This document shows, one piece after another, positions 13,742 to 30,317 of a stretch of DNA of 64,000 bases. The position numbers and the translations under genes are program-made. Source of the DNA: Eledone cirrhosa (Eukaryota); contig OZ024748.1 in the NCBI GenBank assembly GCA_964016885.1, forward strand, positions 57,784,001 through 57,848,000, given 5' to 3'. Within the stretch, counting starts at the first letter, position 1. Each line of letters starts with the position of its first letter. Under the pieces are notes generated by a model. It was not told the origin of the DNA, did not search any database, and saw nothing but the letters and a program-made list of their open reading frames with translations.

Positions 13742-14349
13742 GTCAGGTAACCAGTTGGTGCTACTGGTAACATGTATCCCAGTACAACCTGTCTCATGGT
13801 CGAGTCGTTGACGACTAAAGTGGCAACCCCACCAAGGTTTCTTGGTGAGGAGGGGGACTTTGGACATCCTGCAGGACTAAAAACAAAACCAGTCAAAGGG
13901 CAAAGGAGCTCTTAAGAATCAATGGCCATCCAAAATCACCAGGAGAGATGGCCCCTTAGCCTTTGTCAAGGCAGAATTCTAGGAGAGGGAAAACTCTGAT
14001 ATAACACCTGCAACCCTGATGGTATCCAATGATGTTGACTTGTTCTTCTTTTTGGTAAATATCATCTTGGTTAAGAGAGTGGGACTGGCTTTGTGCAGTG
14101 TCTTTGCTCACTATAAAAGCTTCACCTCACAGGCATTGCTTTATATCTGGAGATCTCTCTGCACTTGTCGTCACATGGTACCATGGGCCCAGCACTATGT
14201 GTCAATAATTGTCACAAGTGTAGTGTTTGTACCAGAGTTTTCAAGTCGCTGGCTGGACTAAAAAGTCACACTCGTTCAGCGCACCGGTAGGGGTTCTTCT
14301 ACATGGATATAAAGTAGTGGCCGTACTCGAAAACGAGTTGGCAGCCACC
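13742..14349 (+). mobile_element. Non-autonomous RTE-like LINE derivative (5' UTR joined to 3' end)
   Basis: ggagagggaaaactctga motif recalled from RTE 5' regions; 3' end reads [22 protein letters not shown] (C2H2-like); two more copies at 53.1-53.9 kb with (TGTA)n tails. Confidence 0.6.
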
Positions 14350-15917
<1,568 letters not shown>

Positions 15918-16892
15918 ATACAATTCACAATGGAATCCAATCCTAAGGAATTAGCCTTCTTGGATATTCTCATCTCTGTAATAGACGGGAAATTAGATAC
16001 AGATATATTCTATAAACCCACAGATTCCAAGCAATACCTCTTTTTCACATCAAGTCACCCAAAACATACAAAACTTAACATTCCTTACAATTTGGCCAAA
16101 CGTATATGTACCATAGTATCAGATCCACCTAAACGGGAGCAAAGACTAAAGGAACTAAAAGACACCCTTATCTTAAGAGCCTTTCCACTTGAAATAATCA
16201 ACAATGGAATAGACAGGGCAAAACACCTAAATCCCCATCAACTTAACAATCCAAAACAGAAAACCACACTCAACACCCTGCCATATGTATCCACTTTCAA
16301 CCCCAGAAATACCGAAATGTTTGATCACCTACACAAAAACCTCCCCATCCTACTTAAAGATGTAAAAATGAAGTCTATTCTTGAAACACACAAGATCCTT
16401 AAAAGTAAAAGACAACCCAAATCACTTAAACGCATTCTCACTGGACCAAATATACCCAAACCAATCCTCAACCCTACAGTTACCAAATGTGGTAGAACAA
16501 ACTGTGGAACGTGCCTCTACCTCACTGAAGGACAAACATTTACATTCAAAGATGGCCAAACATTTACAGTAAAAAACAATTTCACCTGCAACTCGGAGAA
16601 CTTGATTTACGCAATAACTTGCGGTGGGTGCAAACACAACTACATAGGACAGACGGGCACCTCATTACGCAAAAGAATGACCATCCACCGCCAACAAATC
16701 CGGGACGCTAACACAAGCAAAATCCCCTTGAGCAGCCATATTGCGAACTGCGCAGGAATGACACTACCCAACTTTAAAATCTTCCCCTTCTACAAGTGCT
16801 CAGATTCGTTCACACAACAACAAAGAATAAACAAAGAAAATCTATTCCTTAACAAATTTAAACCAAAACTAAACGGGTTATCACCCCAATAG
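15918..16892 (+). CDS. 5'-truncated PLE ORF: RT C-terminus/thumb, Cys linker, GIY-YIG endonuclease (Neptune-like)
   Basis: [25 protein letters not shown]; CGRTNCGTC linker; [42 protein letters not shown]; uninterrupted frame. Confidence 0.9.
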   Translation: MQFTMESNPKELAFLDILISVIDGKLDTDIFYKPTDSKQYLFFTSSHPKHTKLNIPYNLAKRICTIVSDPPKREQRLKELKDTLILRAFPLEIINNGIDRAKHLNPHQLNNPKQKTTLNTLPYVSTFNPRNTEMFDHLHKNLPILLKDVKMKSILETHKILKSKRQPKSLKRILTGPNIPKPILNPTVTKCGRTNCGTCLYLTEGQTFTFKDGQTFTVKNNFTCNSENLIYAITCGGCKHNYIGQTGTSLRKRMTIHRQQIRDANTSKIPLSSHIANCAGMTLPNFKIFPFYKCSDSFTQQQRINKENLFLNKFKPKLNGLSPQ

Positions 16893-17491
16893 AATTGTCA
16901 TAAAATATAAACACACATACGCACGGAATCACTACTATTAAAGACCAGAGACCAATTCTGTAGAATCAGGTTTATTCATTGACAGACCATGCCTTTGTGT
17001 GACCAACACATCCATGTTAAACCCTGCACGTGCACACACATATATCTATATATATATGCGCACACAGAATTCACCACTGTCGGTTGCGGGGCCCAATCTA
17101 CATGAAGATCAGAATGACTTGTATTTTAATTTCACTGCCCCAACTTCTTATATTATGGAAAAAATATATGTGTCTGTATGTATATATATATATATATATT
17201 TGAAGGCCATTTCTCTGTGTGTGGGTGTATGTATGTGTGTGTGTGTGTGTGTGAGTATGTGTGTGCATGTGGATGTATGTATTGTGTGTGCGTGTGTGTG
17301 TGTGTGTGTGTGTATGTATGTGGGTATCTGGATGTATGCGTATGTGTATATATATATATATATGCGTGTGTGTGTGTGTGTGTATATATGTGTGTGTATG
17401 TGTGTATATATATGTGTGTGTGTGTGTGTGTATGTTTGTATGTGTGTATGTATATGTATATATATATGTGTGTGTGTATGTATGTGTGGGG

Positions 17492-17529
<38 letters not shown>

Positions 17530-17534
17530 GTGTG

Positions 17535-17565
<31 letters not shown>

Positions 17566-17604
17566 ATGTATGTGTGTATCTGAATGTATGTGTATGTATA
17601 TATA

Positions 17605-17661
<57 letters not shown>

Positions 17662-17730
17662 ATGTGTATATATATGTGTGTGTGTGTGTATGTGTGTATG
17701 TATATGTATGTGTGTGTGTATGTATGTGTG

Positions 17731-17773
<43 letters not shown>

Positions 17774-18122
17774 GTATATGTATGTATGTGTGGATGAAGG
17801 TATGTGTGTATATATAGGTGTAAGTGCACTAAATCCTTTTCTATCACGCTCCACTCTCCTACCCATCACAGGAAGATATGTGTGTGTATATTGCTTCCAC
17901 CCCCTCACTGACCAGCAGCTGGCGATTGCTAAATCTGACCTTTATAAAATAACCCACACCCCAAATAACTTCTCATTCACTACCAGAAAGGGACACAGCA
18001 GTCAACCTGTTGTTGCTACCTAGATGAAAACTGCTATGAAATCCCACAATGAATTTTATACTTGAATTTTCAAGTCTCAAATTTTAACTCTTCGTATTAT
18101 TAATTTTTCTTAATATTAATCA

Positions 18123-18168
18123 ACATTTGAAAAGATGGCTTTTGCAGACCCATCGAAACCGGTCATTT
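18123..18168 (+). ncRNA. Minimal hammerhead motif with U3-A8 core in PLE 3' region
   Basis: acat TTGAAAA gatgg..ccatc GAAA ccgg TC attt. Confidence 0.6.
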
Positions 18169-18508
18169 TTTATACCCCTCATTTTTTATACCCTTTATTA
18201 TTTCCTTACCTTATAAAATTATGTTTTTTCACAAAAAAGTATTCTGTCTCTTACATATTCCATGTGCCATTACCAACCTCAATTTTCTCTATAACCTTCG
18301 TTTTGTGTAGAAAATTACACTTTTCATATATATATGTATATATATGTATATATATATATACCTATATATATATATATGTATATATATATTTATATATATA
18401 TATATTTATATATACCTATATATATATATATGTATATTTATATATATATATATTTATATATACCTATATATATATGTATATTTATATATATATATATTTA
18501 TATATACC

Positions 18509-18574
<66 letters not shown>

Positions 18575-18588
18575 TATTTATATATACC

Positions 18589-18641
<53 letters not shown>

Positions 18642-18670
18642 GTATATATATGTATATATATATACATATA

Positions 18671-18857
<187 letters not shown>

Positions 18858-19124
18858 TAGTATATCTACTAACATATGCGTACAGATGTACGCTAATGCT
18901 ATCAAATACACAGGTTATGTCATAGTACCTAGGTGGTTCAATGCAGGAGGTTGCAGAACAATAATATAAAAGACGTAAAATAGGAACATTTAAAAAAAAT
19001 TTTAAAAAATTAACTTACTTACTAAAATGTTCCCTCCAACTAATTAGTTTCTGCAATGGGATAAAGACAGTTACGTAATAAACTGTCGAGAATTCATTGC
19101 GTCATCATATTTTCTTATTTTACG

Positions 19125-19160
<36 letters not shown>

Positions 19161-19342
19161 TTAGTTATACTATTTATGGTTATGTAAATACAAAACCTTA
19201 TGCAGTTATAAGTATTTTACACACACCCTAAATAGTGGTAGGCAGTAATGTATTACTACCTTATTACCAGTAAGTTAAGTAGCTCAATGTAAAAACATCA
19301 GATGATTTACAGAGCAGTTATATGAAATATAAGAATCATATA

Positions 19343-19390
<48 letters not shown>

Positions 19391-19396
<6 letters not shown>

Positions 19397-21158
19397 AATA
19401 ATGGAGCTGCGGCGTTGCAAATGGGATACATATGAAAAAGTGAGTCCTTCATCAGTGACCCTCCAACCGTCCTGGGCATTTCATCGCTTTAAGGGCCATA
19501 TGCCTCGGGTTGGTGCGAACAACGGCTAAAAAAAGTCGTTGGGACACGTAAATAAAGGGGGACGCCAGAGTAACAACAAAAAAGTTTTAGCAACGGAAAG
19601 TGAGTAGAAATAGACAAGTCCCAGATCTCTATGAATATAAACTCTGTGAAATCGTGAACAAGAGACAAAAGACCATCAAACCTGGTTGAAATGTGAGCAA
19701 GGAAAGAATTTCGCCCAAGTTTGACTGGAGAGAGAGAGAAAAAGGAGAGAAGAAGAAGAAGAAGAAGAAGAAGAAGAAGAAGGGGTCAGTTCTACGAATT
19801 CAGTAAACGTAAGTTTTGTGAAGTCGCAGACGAAAGAGAGAGAGAAAAAAATTCCATACCAGCTTGGTCAAGACCGCGCGAGAAAAGAATTACACACAGG
19901 TCAAACTTGAAGGAGGAGAAGGAAAGAGGAGGAGGAGAGGTAGTGACAGAGAATGAGTGAGTGAAAGTTGAGGAGGAGGCTAACAGAGAGAGAGAGACTG
20001 CTAGATAGGGTAAAGATACAAACGAAACACGAATGGCAGCATGGAAAAAATATGTGTAAATATGATAATAATGGAGCTGCGGCGTTGCAAACGGGATACA
20101 TATGAAAAAGTGAGTCCTTCATCAGTGACCCTCCAACCGTCCTGGGCATTTCATCGCTTTAAGGGCCATATGCCTCGGGTTGGTGCGAACAACGGCTAAA
20201 AAAAGTCGTTGGGACACGTAAATAAAGGGGGACGCCAGAGTAACAACAAAAAAGTTTTAGCAACGGAAAGTGAGTAGAAATAGACAAGTCCCAGATCTCT
20301 ATGAATATAAACTCTGTGAAATCGTGAACAAGAGACAAAAGACCATCAAACCTGGTTGAAATGTGAGCAAGGAAAGAATTTCGCCCAAGTTTGACGGGGG
20401 GGGGGGGAAGAGAGAGAGAAAAAGGAGAGAAGAAGAAGAAGAAGAAGAAGAAGAAGAAGAAGAAGGGGTTAGTTCTACGAATTCAGTAAACGTAAGTTTT
20501 GTGAAGTCGCAGACGAAAGAGAGAGAGAAAAAAATTCCATACCAGCTTGGTCAAGACCGCGCGAGAAAAGAATTACACACAGGTCAAACTTGAAGGAGGA
20601 GAAGGAAAGAGGAGGAGGAGAGGTAGTGACAGAGAATGAGTGAGTGAAAGTTGAGGAGGAGGCTAACAGAGAGAGAGAGACTGCTAGATAGGGTAAAGAT
20701 ACAAACGAAACACGAATGGCAGCATGGAAAAAATATATGTGTAAATATGATAATAATGGAGCTGCGGCGTTGCAAATGGGATACATATGAAAAAGTGAGT
20801 CCTTCATCAGTGACCCTCCAACCGTCCTGGGCATTTCATCGCTTTAAGGGCCATATGCCTCGGGTTGGTGCGAACAACGGCTAAAAAAAGTCGTTGGGAC
20901 ACGTAAATAAAGGGGGACGCCAGAGTAACAACAAAAAAGTTTTAGCAACGGAAAGTGAGTAGAAATAGACAAGTCTATTTCTACTCACTTTCCGTTGCTA
21001 AAACTTTTTTGTTGTTACTCTGGCGTCCCCCTTTATTTACGTGTCCCAACGACTTTTTTTAGCCGTTGTTCGCACCAACCCGAGGCATATGGCCCTTAAA
21101 GCGATGAAATGCCCAGGACGGTTGGAGGGTCACTGATGAAGGACTCACTTTTTCATAT
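19391..21158. mobile_element. Family D: ~2.3 tandem ~670-685 bp units plus 186 bp fold-back arm
   Basis: Units start at 19391, 20061 and 20746; inverted arms 20785-20970 / 20973-21158; TA flanks. Confidence 0.85.
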
Positions 21159-21554
21159 ATATATACATGGCTTCATGAAAAATCTGTATGTATACATAGA
21201 ATGATATATGTCATACACAATATATAGAGACAGTATACATTAATTGATATATACATACCTTCGATCATCACGTTAGATGAGTATACATTATATGCGCGCG
21301 TTTGTGTTTACAAAACTGAACTTAGCCTTAAGTTTACTTATATAACCTATGTCAAACGGCGCCAGCCTCGTTTGCCGTGGTACGCTAAGGAAATTGAATC
21401 TTGTGGTTGCTGTGTGGTAATTTTCAAAACATAGGTAGAGATTAAGCACAGTCACGTTTTAGAACACTCCATTCAATGTAGTGAACGTAATTTATTAAAA
21501 TCTAATTATATCTCCAGACGTTCTTTCTATGGGAATGTTGTTGTCATCTTCCTA

Positions 21555-21590
21555 ATAGCAGTAGTATTAGTGGTGATGGTAATAGTAGTA

Positions 21591-21650
<60 letters not shown>

Positions 21651-21671
21651 GTATTAGTAGTAGTGGTGGTG

Positions 21672-21706
<35 letters not shown>

Positions 21707-22030
21707 TGTAGGAATAGATGTAATAGTGGTAATATACGTAGTAGTGCAGTGGTGGTAGTATTAGAATTAATAGTTATTGTAGTAGTATTAGTAGTAGTGA
21801 TATTAGTAGTAGTATAAGTAGTGATTGTATTAGTAGTATAGAAATAGTGGTAGTAGTAGTGGTAGTAGAAGTAGTAACGGTATTAGTGGTAATATTATAA
21901 GTATCAGTAGCTGTAGTAGCAGTATGTAGCAGTATTAGAATTAGTAGTGATAATGGCACTAGTAGCGGTATTAGTACTAGAAGTAGTACAAATAGAAGTA
22001 CTAGTAATAATAATAATACTAATAATAATT
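21555..22030. repeat. (TAG/TGG)n-rich low-complexity tract
   Basis: Direct inspection. Confidence 0.85.
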
Positions 22031-22136
22031 GTTTCTATTTTCGGCACAAGGCCAGCCATCCCCAGTACATTACTGGTACTTTATTTTATCGACCCCATAA
22101 GGATGAAAGGCAAAGTTAACCTCGACGGGATTTGAA
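22026..22136 (-). mobile_element. tRNA-derived SINE, 5'-truncated
   Basis: Matches the SINE 3' half. Confidence 0.75.
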
Positions 22137-22162
22137 CAATAATAATAATAGTATTATTATTG

Positions 22163-22585
22163 TTCTTTAATTCTCCGTCATTGATGTTAGTTAACTGGAA
22201 AGTTTGTTGAAATGAATATCAAGCCACTACCTGCAGCCTCAGATATTCAGGACGTATCGGAGGGTTCTTGCTGTTCCCAGCAAGCATGCCTTTTGAAGCG
22301 TTCCAAAACGCGGGGCGGGGCCAATTTTCTTTAACCATCCCTGGAAACTTTTTGTGGTAGTACCTAGTGCGCCTATGACAATCGGGACCACTTTAACTTC
22401 ATGGCAGTTCCAAATCCTTTTTACCTCCCACTTTAAGTCCTGGTATCGGCTAATTTTCTCCCTCTCCTTCTCTTGCAATCTCGTGTCGAATGGGCAGGCC
22501 ACATCCACAATCAGGCACGATCTTTTTTCTTTGTCCAAAACCACCAGGTCAGGTCTATTGTGTTCCAGTTTCTTGTCCGTCTGTA

Positions 22586-22586
<1 letters not shown>
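22163..22586 (-). mobile_element. 3' fragment of R4/Dong-like non-LTR retrotransposon (RLE domain) in a (TAA)n tract
   Basis: IQTDKKLEHNRPDLVVLDK..IVDVACPFD..EKISRYQDL..VPIVIGALG..LQKACLLGTARTLR; ATT/TAA repeats on both flanks. Confidence 0.85.
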
Positions 22587-22638
<52 letters not shown>

Positions 22639-22644
22639 GTTTTT

Positions 22645-22697
<53 letters not shown>

Positions 22698-23631
22698 GGC
22701 TGGTGTTGCAGCTATTGTAGTTTAAAATCCAAATATGATGCTAAAATATGTTCACTTAATTTTTTTTTTTAAATATTCGTCTGCAACCATTTACAAATTA
22801 AAAATACCATGTCAGCCATCTTACAGTCCACTCAGAGATAAAATGTAACAAAAATCAAATACAATAAATAATATATAATTTATCCATGCATTTGATTTAC
22901 TTATTCATTCACATGTACATACAATGCCACATTTACTCTTCAGTGCAGTTTTAAAGATGTGGTGACGATATAAATTTGAACTAAACATTTATTTACCGGC
23001 AGAAACCAAATAATGTTTCCCAAACGTATTTGTTTAATGAAATGTATTGAAATATTGACTCACTCTACTCACACAAAAAATAATTGCAGTAACATTTCTA
23101 TTCACATCCCACGTGTGTAGTGTTTAATGGACCAGAAATTCATAGTTGAATTGTTATGAACTGAGAGATAAATATAGCTAAAGCTTTTTAACATATGCAT
23201 TATATACAAAACAAAAGTAATATTAAATAATAAATAAATAATCATAAAGCTGCTGGATATCACAATTTTTTCATTACCTCCGTTATACATTCTCCGTTAT
23301 ACATTCTGAATTAAGGTGTGAAGAATTACATCATGCGTTACAGATATTACATATAATTTAGACAATTTATAGTTTATCCCAGTACTGATAATTCTACATC
23401 AGCAAAAAATACGTAAATCAAAATATGTCATATTTTGAGCAGCGTTTACACATATCAATATATGCATCCATGTATCTGAGGATCTCTTTGTACAGCAAAG
23501 ATTATGTCACATATTCGTAAATAAGAGGCATAGGTAGATCGTCAACACTGAATTGAAATTCAGTTGAGATCGAGATCGAGGTCGAGAGAATGAGGGATAG
23601 ATAGATAGTATGTGTGTGCTTGAAAGAGAGA

Positions 23632-23696
<65 letters not shown>

Positions 23697-23980
23697 AGAG
23701 AGAGAGTGAGGGAGAAAGTGAGAAAGAGAGAGAGAGAAAGAGCAAGTGAGAGAGAGAGAGAGAGAAAACTGCGAAATATGTCTACGTAGAATTACGATGA
23801 TGTTTACATAACTAAAACATTTTGAAGCATATATTTACTCAGTTTTGCATATCAATAGGTTTGTATTAAGCCATCTTCTATCATAGTAATTAAGTGACCA
23901 CATATATCTCCCCTGTTACATGGGCTAGAGTTATCATTTAGTTAAGAAAAACATGTCTACCTTTCATTATATTTAGGGTA

Positions 23981-24350
23981 GGGCCGTGGATTGTCAGTAT
24001 CGGTAGAGGATCGGACACCATGCTTTGACGCATAGAGTTACGGCCCTTGCCATTCTGAGTTCAAATCCCGCCGAGGTTAACTTTGCCTTTCATCCTTACG
24101 GCGTCGATAAAATAAAGTACCAGTAATGCACTGGTTAATTTCTGGCCTTGTGCTAAACGTAGAAACAATTATATTTAGGGTGGTAGATTGGTAGTATCGA
24201 TAGAGGGTCGGACGCCATGCTTTGCAGCACAGAATTACGTCCCGCGGAGGTTAACTTTCCCTTTCATTCTTAAAGGGTCAATAAAATAAAGTACGAGTTA
24301 TGCACTAGGATAATTGCTACGCTTGTACTACACGTATATACAATTATATT
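23981..24350 (+). mobile_element. Tandem pair of tRNA-derived SINEs
   Basis: Box A-like ttgtcagtatcggt and box B gagttcaaatccc; attatatttag repeated before, between and after the copies. Confidence 0.8.
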
Positions 24351-25238
24351 TAGATATTGATATTTAATTCTAATATATGTGGTTCCATTAAACCTGATTG
24401 CTTTCCTTATCAGAGAGCCAAACTTGCTGACAATCATGTGGTGGGTGCATTTCTTCTACGCCGTGTATTTGGCTAATAAAATACGTTTCACTCAGAACAT
24501 GGTTTGGATTTAAAATTAAGAAACCATTCATATTTGAGAAATCATCAACATTAATATCTAAAAAATACCATATTAAAAATACACGTCCTTTAGAATTTAA
24601 GGTCACATGTATGTTACTGAATATCAATGATGTCTTGACATTTTGGATGATTCTTTAGTCCATATATTTCCGATTTCAAATGCTCATTGAGAAACAACTG
24701 TCAGTTACAGTATAAGTATAGGGGGAATATGCCACGTAAAATGTAACATAGAAATGCTTAGACCTCCAAGCTATGCTAAACATAGAATTAATAAAATAAT
24801 ATTTATCAGTATAACACGTACAGAAACCTTTCATATTTAAAAACACTGAGATAAGGATTGAAAAGCAAACCCAAATGCCAAGGGGTAAAGTGTCATCAAA
24901 TATATTTAGACTATCTAAACACATGCAGTACGTATGCACCTACACAAACACACACACACATACACACACATACACACACATACACACACACAGACACACA
25001 CAGACTCACACACAGACTCATATGCATACACACACACATACATTCATACATATATATATACATCAGAGAGTTGGTGCCTGAGAGCTGAGCTCTTCCTGAT
25101 TCGGCATAAAGAAATTTAAACTTATGGCAGAAATACATACTTATAAACTTATATCCTACTACACCAAGCGTTAAACTAATATATCTCTTCATTGAATTGT
25201 ATCGTTCCTCTGTGTTCTTTTTTTCACTTCATATTTCT

Positions 25239-25270
<32 letters not shown>

Positions 25271-25276
25271 GATATA

Positions 25277-25713
25277 TAGAAGTGGTTACACAACAGTTAG
25301 TTCACCATACCAAGAACAATTGTTTCACCTTCGCGGATCTTCAGCTCGGGATGTGTATGGTTATAGGAACAGGAAGGACAACTGTACGAACGCGCATGCG
25401 CAGAAACTCGGTCACTTCACACAGGTAATACTAGACCTAAAAACTTTCTGGACTTTCGCAGTTATCTCCCTTACACCCCCCGCACGCAGTCTAGTATTGC
25501 CTGTGTGAAGTGACCGAGTTTCTGCGCATGTGCGTTCGTACGGTTGTCCTTCCTGTTCCTATAACCATACACATCCATGGCTGAAGATCCGCGAAGGTGA
25601 AACAATTGTTCTTGTATGGTGAACTAACTGTTGTGTAACCACTTCTACCTAACTCCTCCCTTGGACTGAGTGCTCTACCACTACGGATATTACCTTCCAG
25701 TGTTCCACCACTA
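25277..25713 (+). mobile_element. Family G inverted-repeat element (~160 bp arms, ~50 bp spacer) with an HHR in each arm
   Basis: Arms 25277-25436 / 25489-25647, then a unique tail into (TA)n. Confidence 0.8.
25311..25348 (-). ncRNA. Minimal hammerhead motif (mirror copy at 25577-25614, + strand)
   Basis: cgag CTGAAGA tccgcgaaggt GAAA caattg TT cttg. Confidence 0.7.
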
Positions 25714-25717
25714 TATA

Positions 25718-25780
<63 letters not shown>

Positions 25781-26644
25781 TATATGAGCGTGCATATAAT
25801 TTTACCATAAACCTAAAATTGCTTATGATTTGTGTGATTAATACGGTATATTTTATAAATATTAATATCCAGCGTTATTTAACAATTCGTGATCCGAGAC
25901 ACCAACAGATTGCACCAACATTCATTAATAAATAGTGAACATATTTGATAAAGAATTCCCAGACAAACCCAAATAAATATAGTGTTAATTGGAAAACGTT
26001 TTACTTCATGAATCTGGTTGAGTATTCCTAGGATGTTAGTTGATTGTATAACATGAACCTTTTAGTGCTTATTTACTGTACAGTATTAATTTGATTCCCA
26101 TCATTTTCTCTGTGTATTCCTGTTATACGAGTACACATAATTAATTTATTTAAAGTTAATAATTACTTAATGGCATCCTGATGTAGTTTTCATATAATTA
26201 TGCATTAGTTGCTGCTATTCCTCCTTCAGTCTTCCACGATGCAAATCTTTAATGAAAAGCATGTCTTCCTTGAAAGGGCTGTCATTGAATTCATACACAT
26301 TCTATAAGTGTTGAGTACCTGGCAAAAGTATATCGTAAAAATCATGGTTACTTGTTTATATAAACTTCACCTTTGGAAATAATATACTCTGGACATTGGT
26401 ACACTTTATAAGAGTTGAGCGAATATAAACTGTGAAAGCTGGACATGTTCTGCGTTATTTTAGTTCTCATAGTGAATATATGAATATATAAAGAACCATG
26501 TATATGCATAGAGTGGCTGAGAAAATACTTTTACAATGATATATGTTCTTATCACATCATTACATTCACGATATGCTTCTGCAAGAATATTGTATATATA
26601 TAAATATGGATTTGTGTATGTGTTTATATATATTTCCAATTTCC

Positions 26645-28312
<1,668 letters not shown>

Positions 28313-28332
28313 TATATATATATATATATATA

Positions 28333-28620
28333 TATTGTTATACTTGGGGAGGGTCATATTTGTGTAATATTGCCAGAATTAATAACAGATCACACTCACT
28401 GTTTGGTTGGTTTTAGCTTTTCGCTTCTGAGTCTTTTATATCGGTAAGCTAATTTATTCGGTCCTCATTGTTGCCATTGACTGACCAACGGTCAAAAATA
28501 ATAAAGATACAATATAGTCACGAACACATATATATAGTTTTTCAAAGTTCTTTCGTTGCACATCTGCAACATTGTCACACGATTTCATATCAAAAACCTC
28601 GCAAAACAAATTCATCGCCG

Positions 28621-28623
<3 letters not shown>
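28333..28623 (-). mobile_element. Family B variant with degenerate HHR
   Basis: Shared terminus; minus strand gtgacaat gttgca-gatg-tgcaac GAAA gaac TT tgaa. Confidence 0.55.
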
Positions 28624-28657
<34 letters not shown>

Positions 28658-30317
28658 GTATGTATGTGTATGCATCTCTGTTTGTGTTAGTATATAAGTG
28701 TGTATGATGATGAATTGTATACTTTTATTCACTTGTAAACTGTCTAAAATTACCATATTAAAATTTAATAACTAACATGTCGCTATACGCAGAGTTTTGC
28801 TGACGGCATTCATAAGTCTTATATTAAGCAGTTATTTTTCCTTAATTACCGGTTTTCCGTTTTCTTGTCAGTTCAGTCATTTTATATGATAATTGGAAAA
28901 CATCTGCCGCATTGGGTAATATGATTTAACGGTTCAGACGTCAGTATATGAAACTTACCAGATATTTATTTATTAGCCTGTTATAGGAATCCATGCATTT
29001 ATGTCTAATTTGATGTACTTTTTATCTTCTTGCTTAAATACATTTAAAACTCGTTTACCAACTGTAGTATTTTATTACACTTCAATTCCGTTCGATTATA
29101 TCGATTTATTATACGGTTTAAAAGTTTCCACATATATTATTTAGGATGGTTATAGGCAAGGATATTATAACATATCTGCCTTCATTCAGTTTAGAGAAGA
29201 AACTACATAGTAAATGTTCATTACTGGTGTGGCACTTAGTTTTCTGGTTAGTCAGTTGTAGGTTTGTTCTTCTGTAAAATTTCCTGATGTGATCTGTAGG
29301 ACTAAGTTAAATATTATTTCTTTAGAGATTTCACTTTTGGTTCGTGGCAATGTGGGTACATAGGGTTTCTTATGACTATCTTGCATTCAGAGTGGTAGGT
29401 ATTGTATAAATGAGATACAAATGTATTCTTTAAACAAACGTTACATTTGGCAAAACAAAAAGGTTATACACATAATTCAAGCGGCCTACATTGTCTCGCA
29501 TTGTCTCACACTTGTAGCGATCCATAGTGTAAACAAAGAGAATTAATTAGAGTTTCTTCCCGTAAGCATTATAAATAGACGAGACTTGTGTTTCTCACTC
29601 TCTTATTCGCTGCCGGCCTCGTTCTGACGAGCAGCTCTCTATACTCTTGCAACGACTTCGGAACTGAACACTATATGTACAGACCATATCAGCTCTATCT
29701 TGCAAGCCCGGATTACTTTATATTTATTTCTCAAGTAGTTGGTTACCAGCGGTATCTTCCGGAGAAGATTAAACCAATAAACCAATTCACTAAACACTTA
29801 ATCTTCACGTGAACAACGTAAAGCGTGCAGATATATGTGCAGTAGAATGCACCGTCATTAAATACAAGAGAATGCACCCCCGTTTATTGACTCAACACGG
29901 AGTTCCATTAAGAGCAACAACCTATAATGTGCTAAAAACATGTTTAATTAAGAGACCCTTATTAAAGTAAGAGTTATATTTATATAATTGTCATATTTGT
30001 AATTCTGCGACAAACCAGCCAGTTATCGGTACAGGTCCTAGACATATATTTGAAATGCTCTGTAATCCAGATTTCATGCAAACAGACCTCCCACTTAAAC
30101 ATTTAAATTCATACTAACGTTAATCAATAACCAGAATATAAATTCAAGTATTCATATGGTAAGCTCATATATCTAGTTAGTGTAGAATAGGATATATCGT
30201 GTGTAAATCATGCTCCAGTAAAACTCTGATATATCGATTAGAGTGCTCGATCTGAATAAAGTAAACGCAATACATCATGTAGAAATATTAGTCATTATTA
30301 CTTATATTTAGTAGGCA

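Larger units (their letters stand above)
15918..18328 (+). mobile_element. Penelope-like retroelement (5'-truncated) between (TA)n tracts
   Basis: ORF followed by a long microsatellite-containing 3' region with an HHR-like motif at 18123-18168; 3' boundary inferred. Confidence 0.75.

Noticed and set aside
24394-24472. Possible 79-nt minus-strand exon (AG..GT; QIHGVEEMHPPHDCQQVWLSDKESNQ)
   Set aside because: No recognisable homology or partner exons; needs RNA-seq
26218-26320. Possible minus-strand coding exon (NVYEFNDSPFKEDMLFIKDLHRGRLKEE)
   Set aside because: Short, unrecognised and unsupported
29620-29670. ctgacga...ggaa as a hammerhead
   Set aside because: No convincing stems II or III
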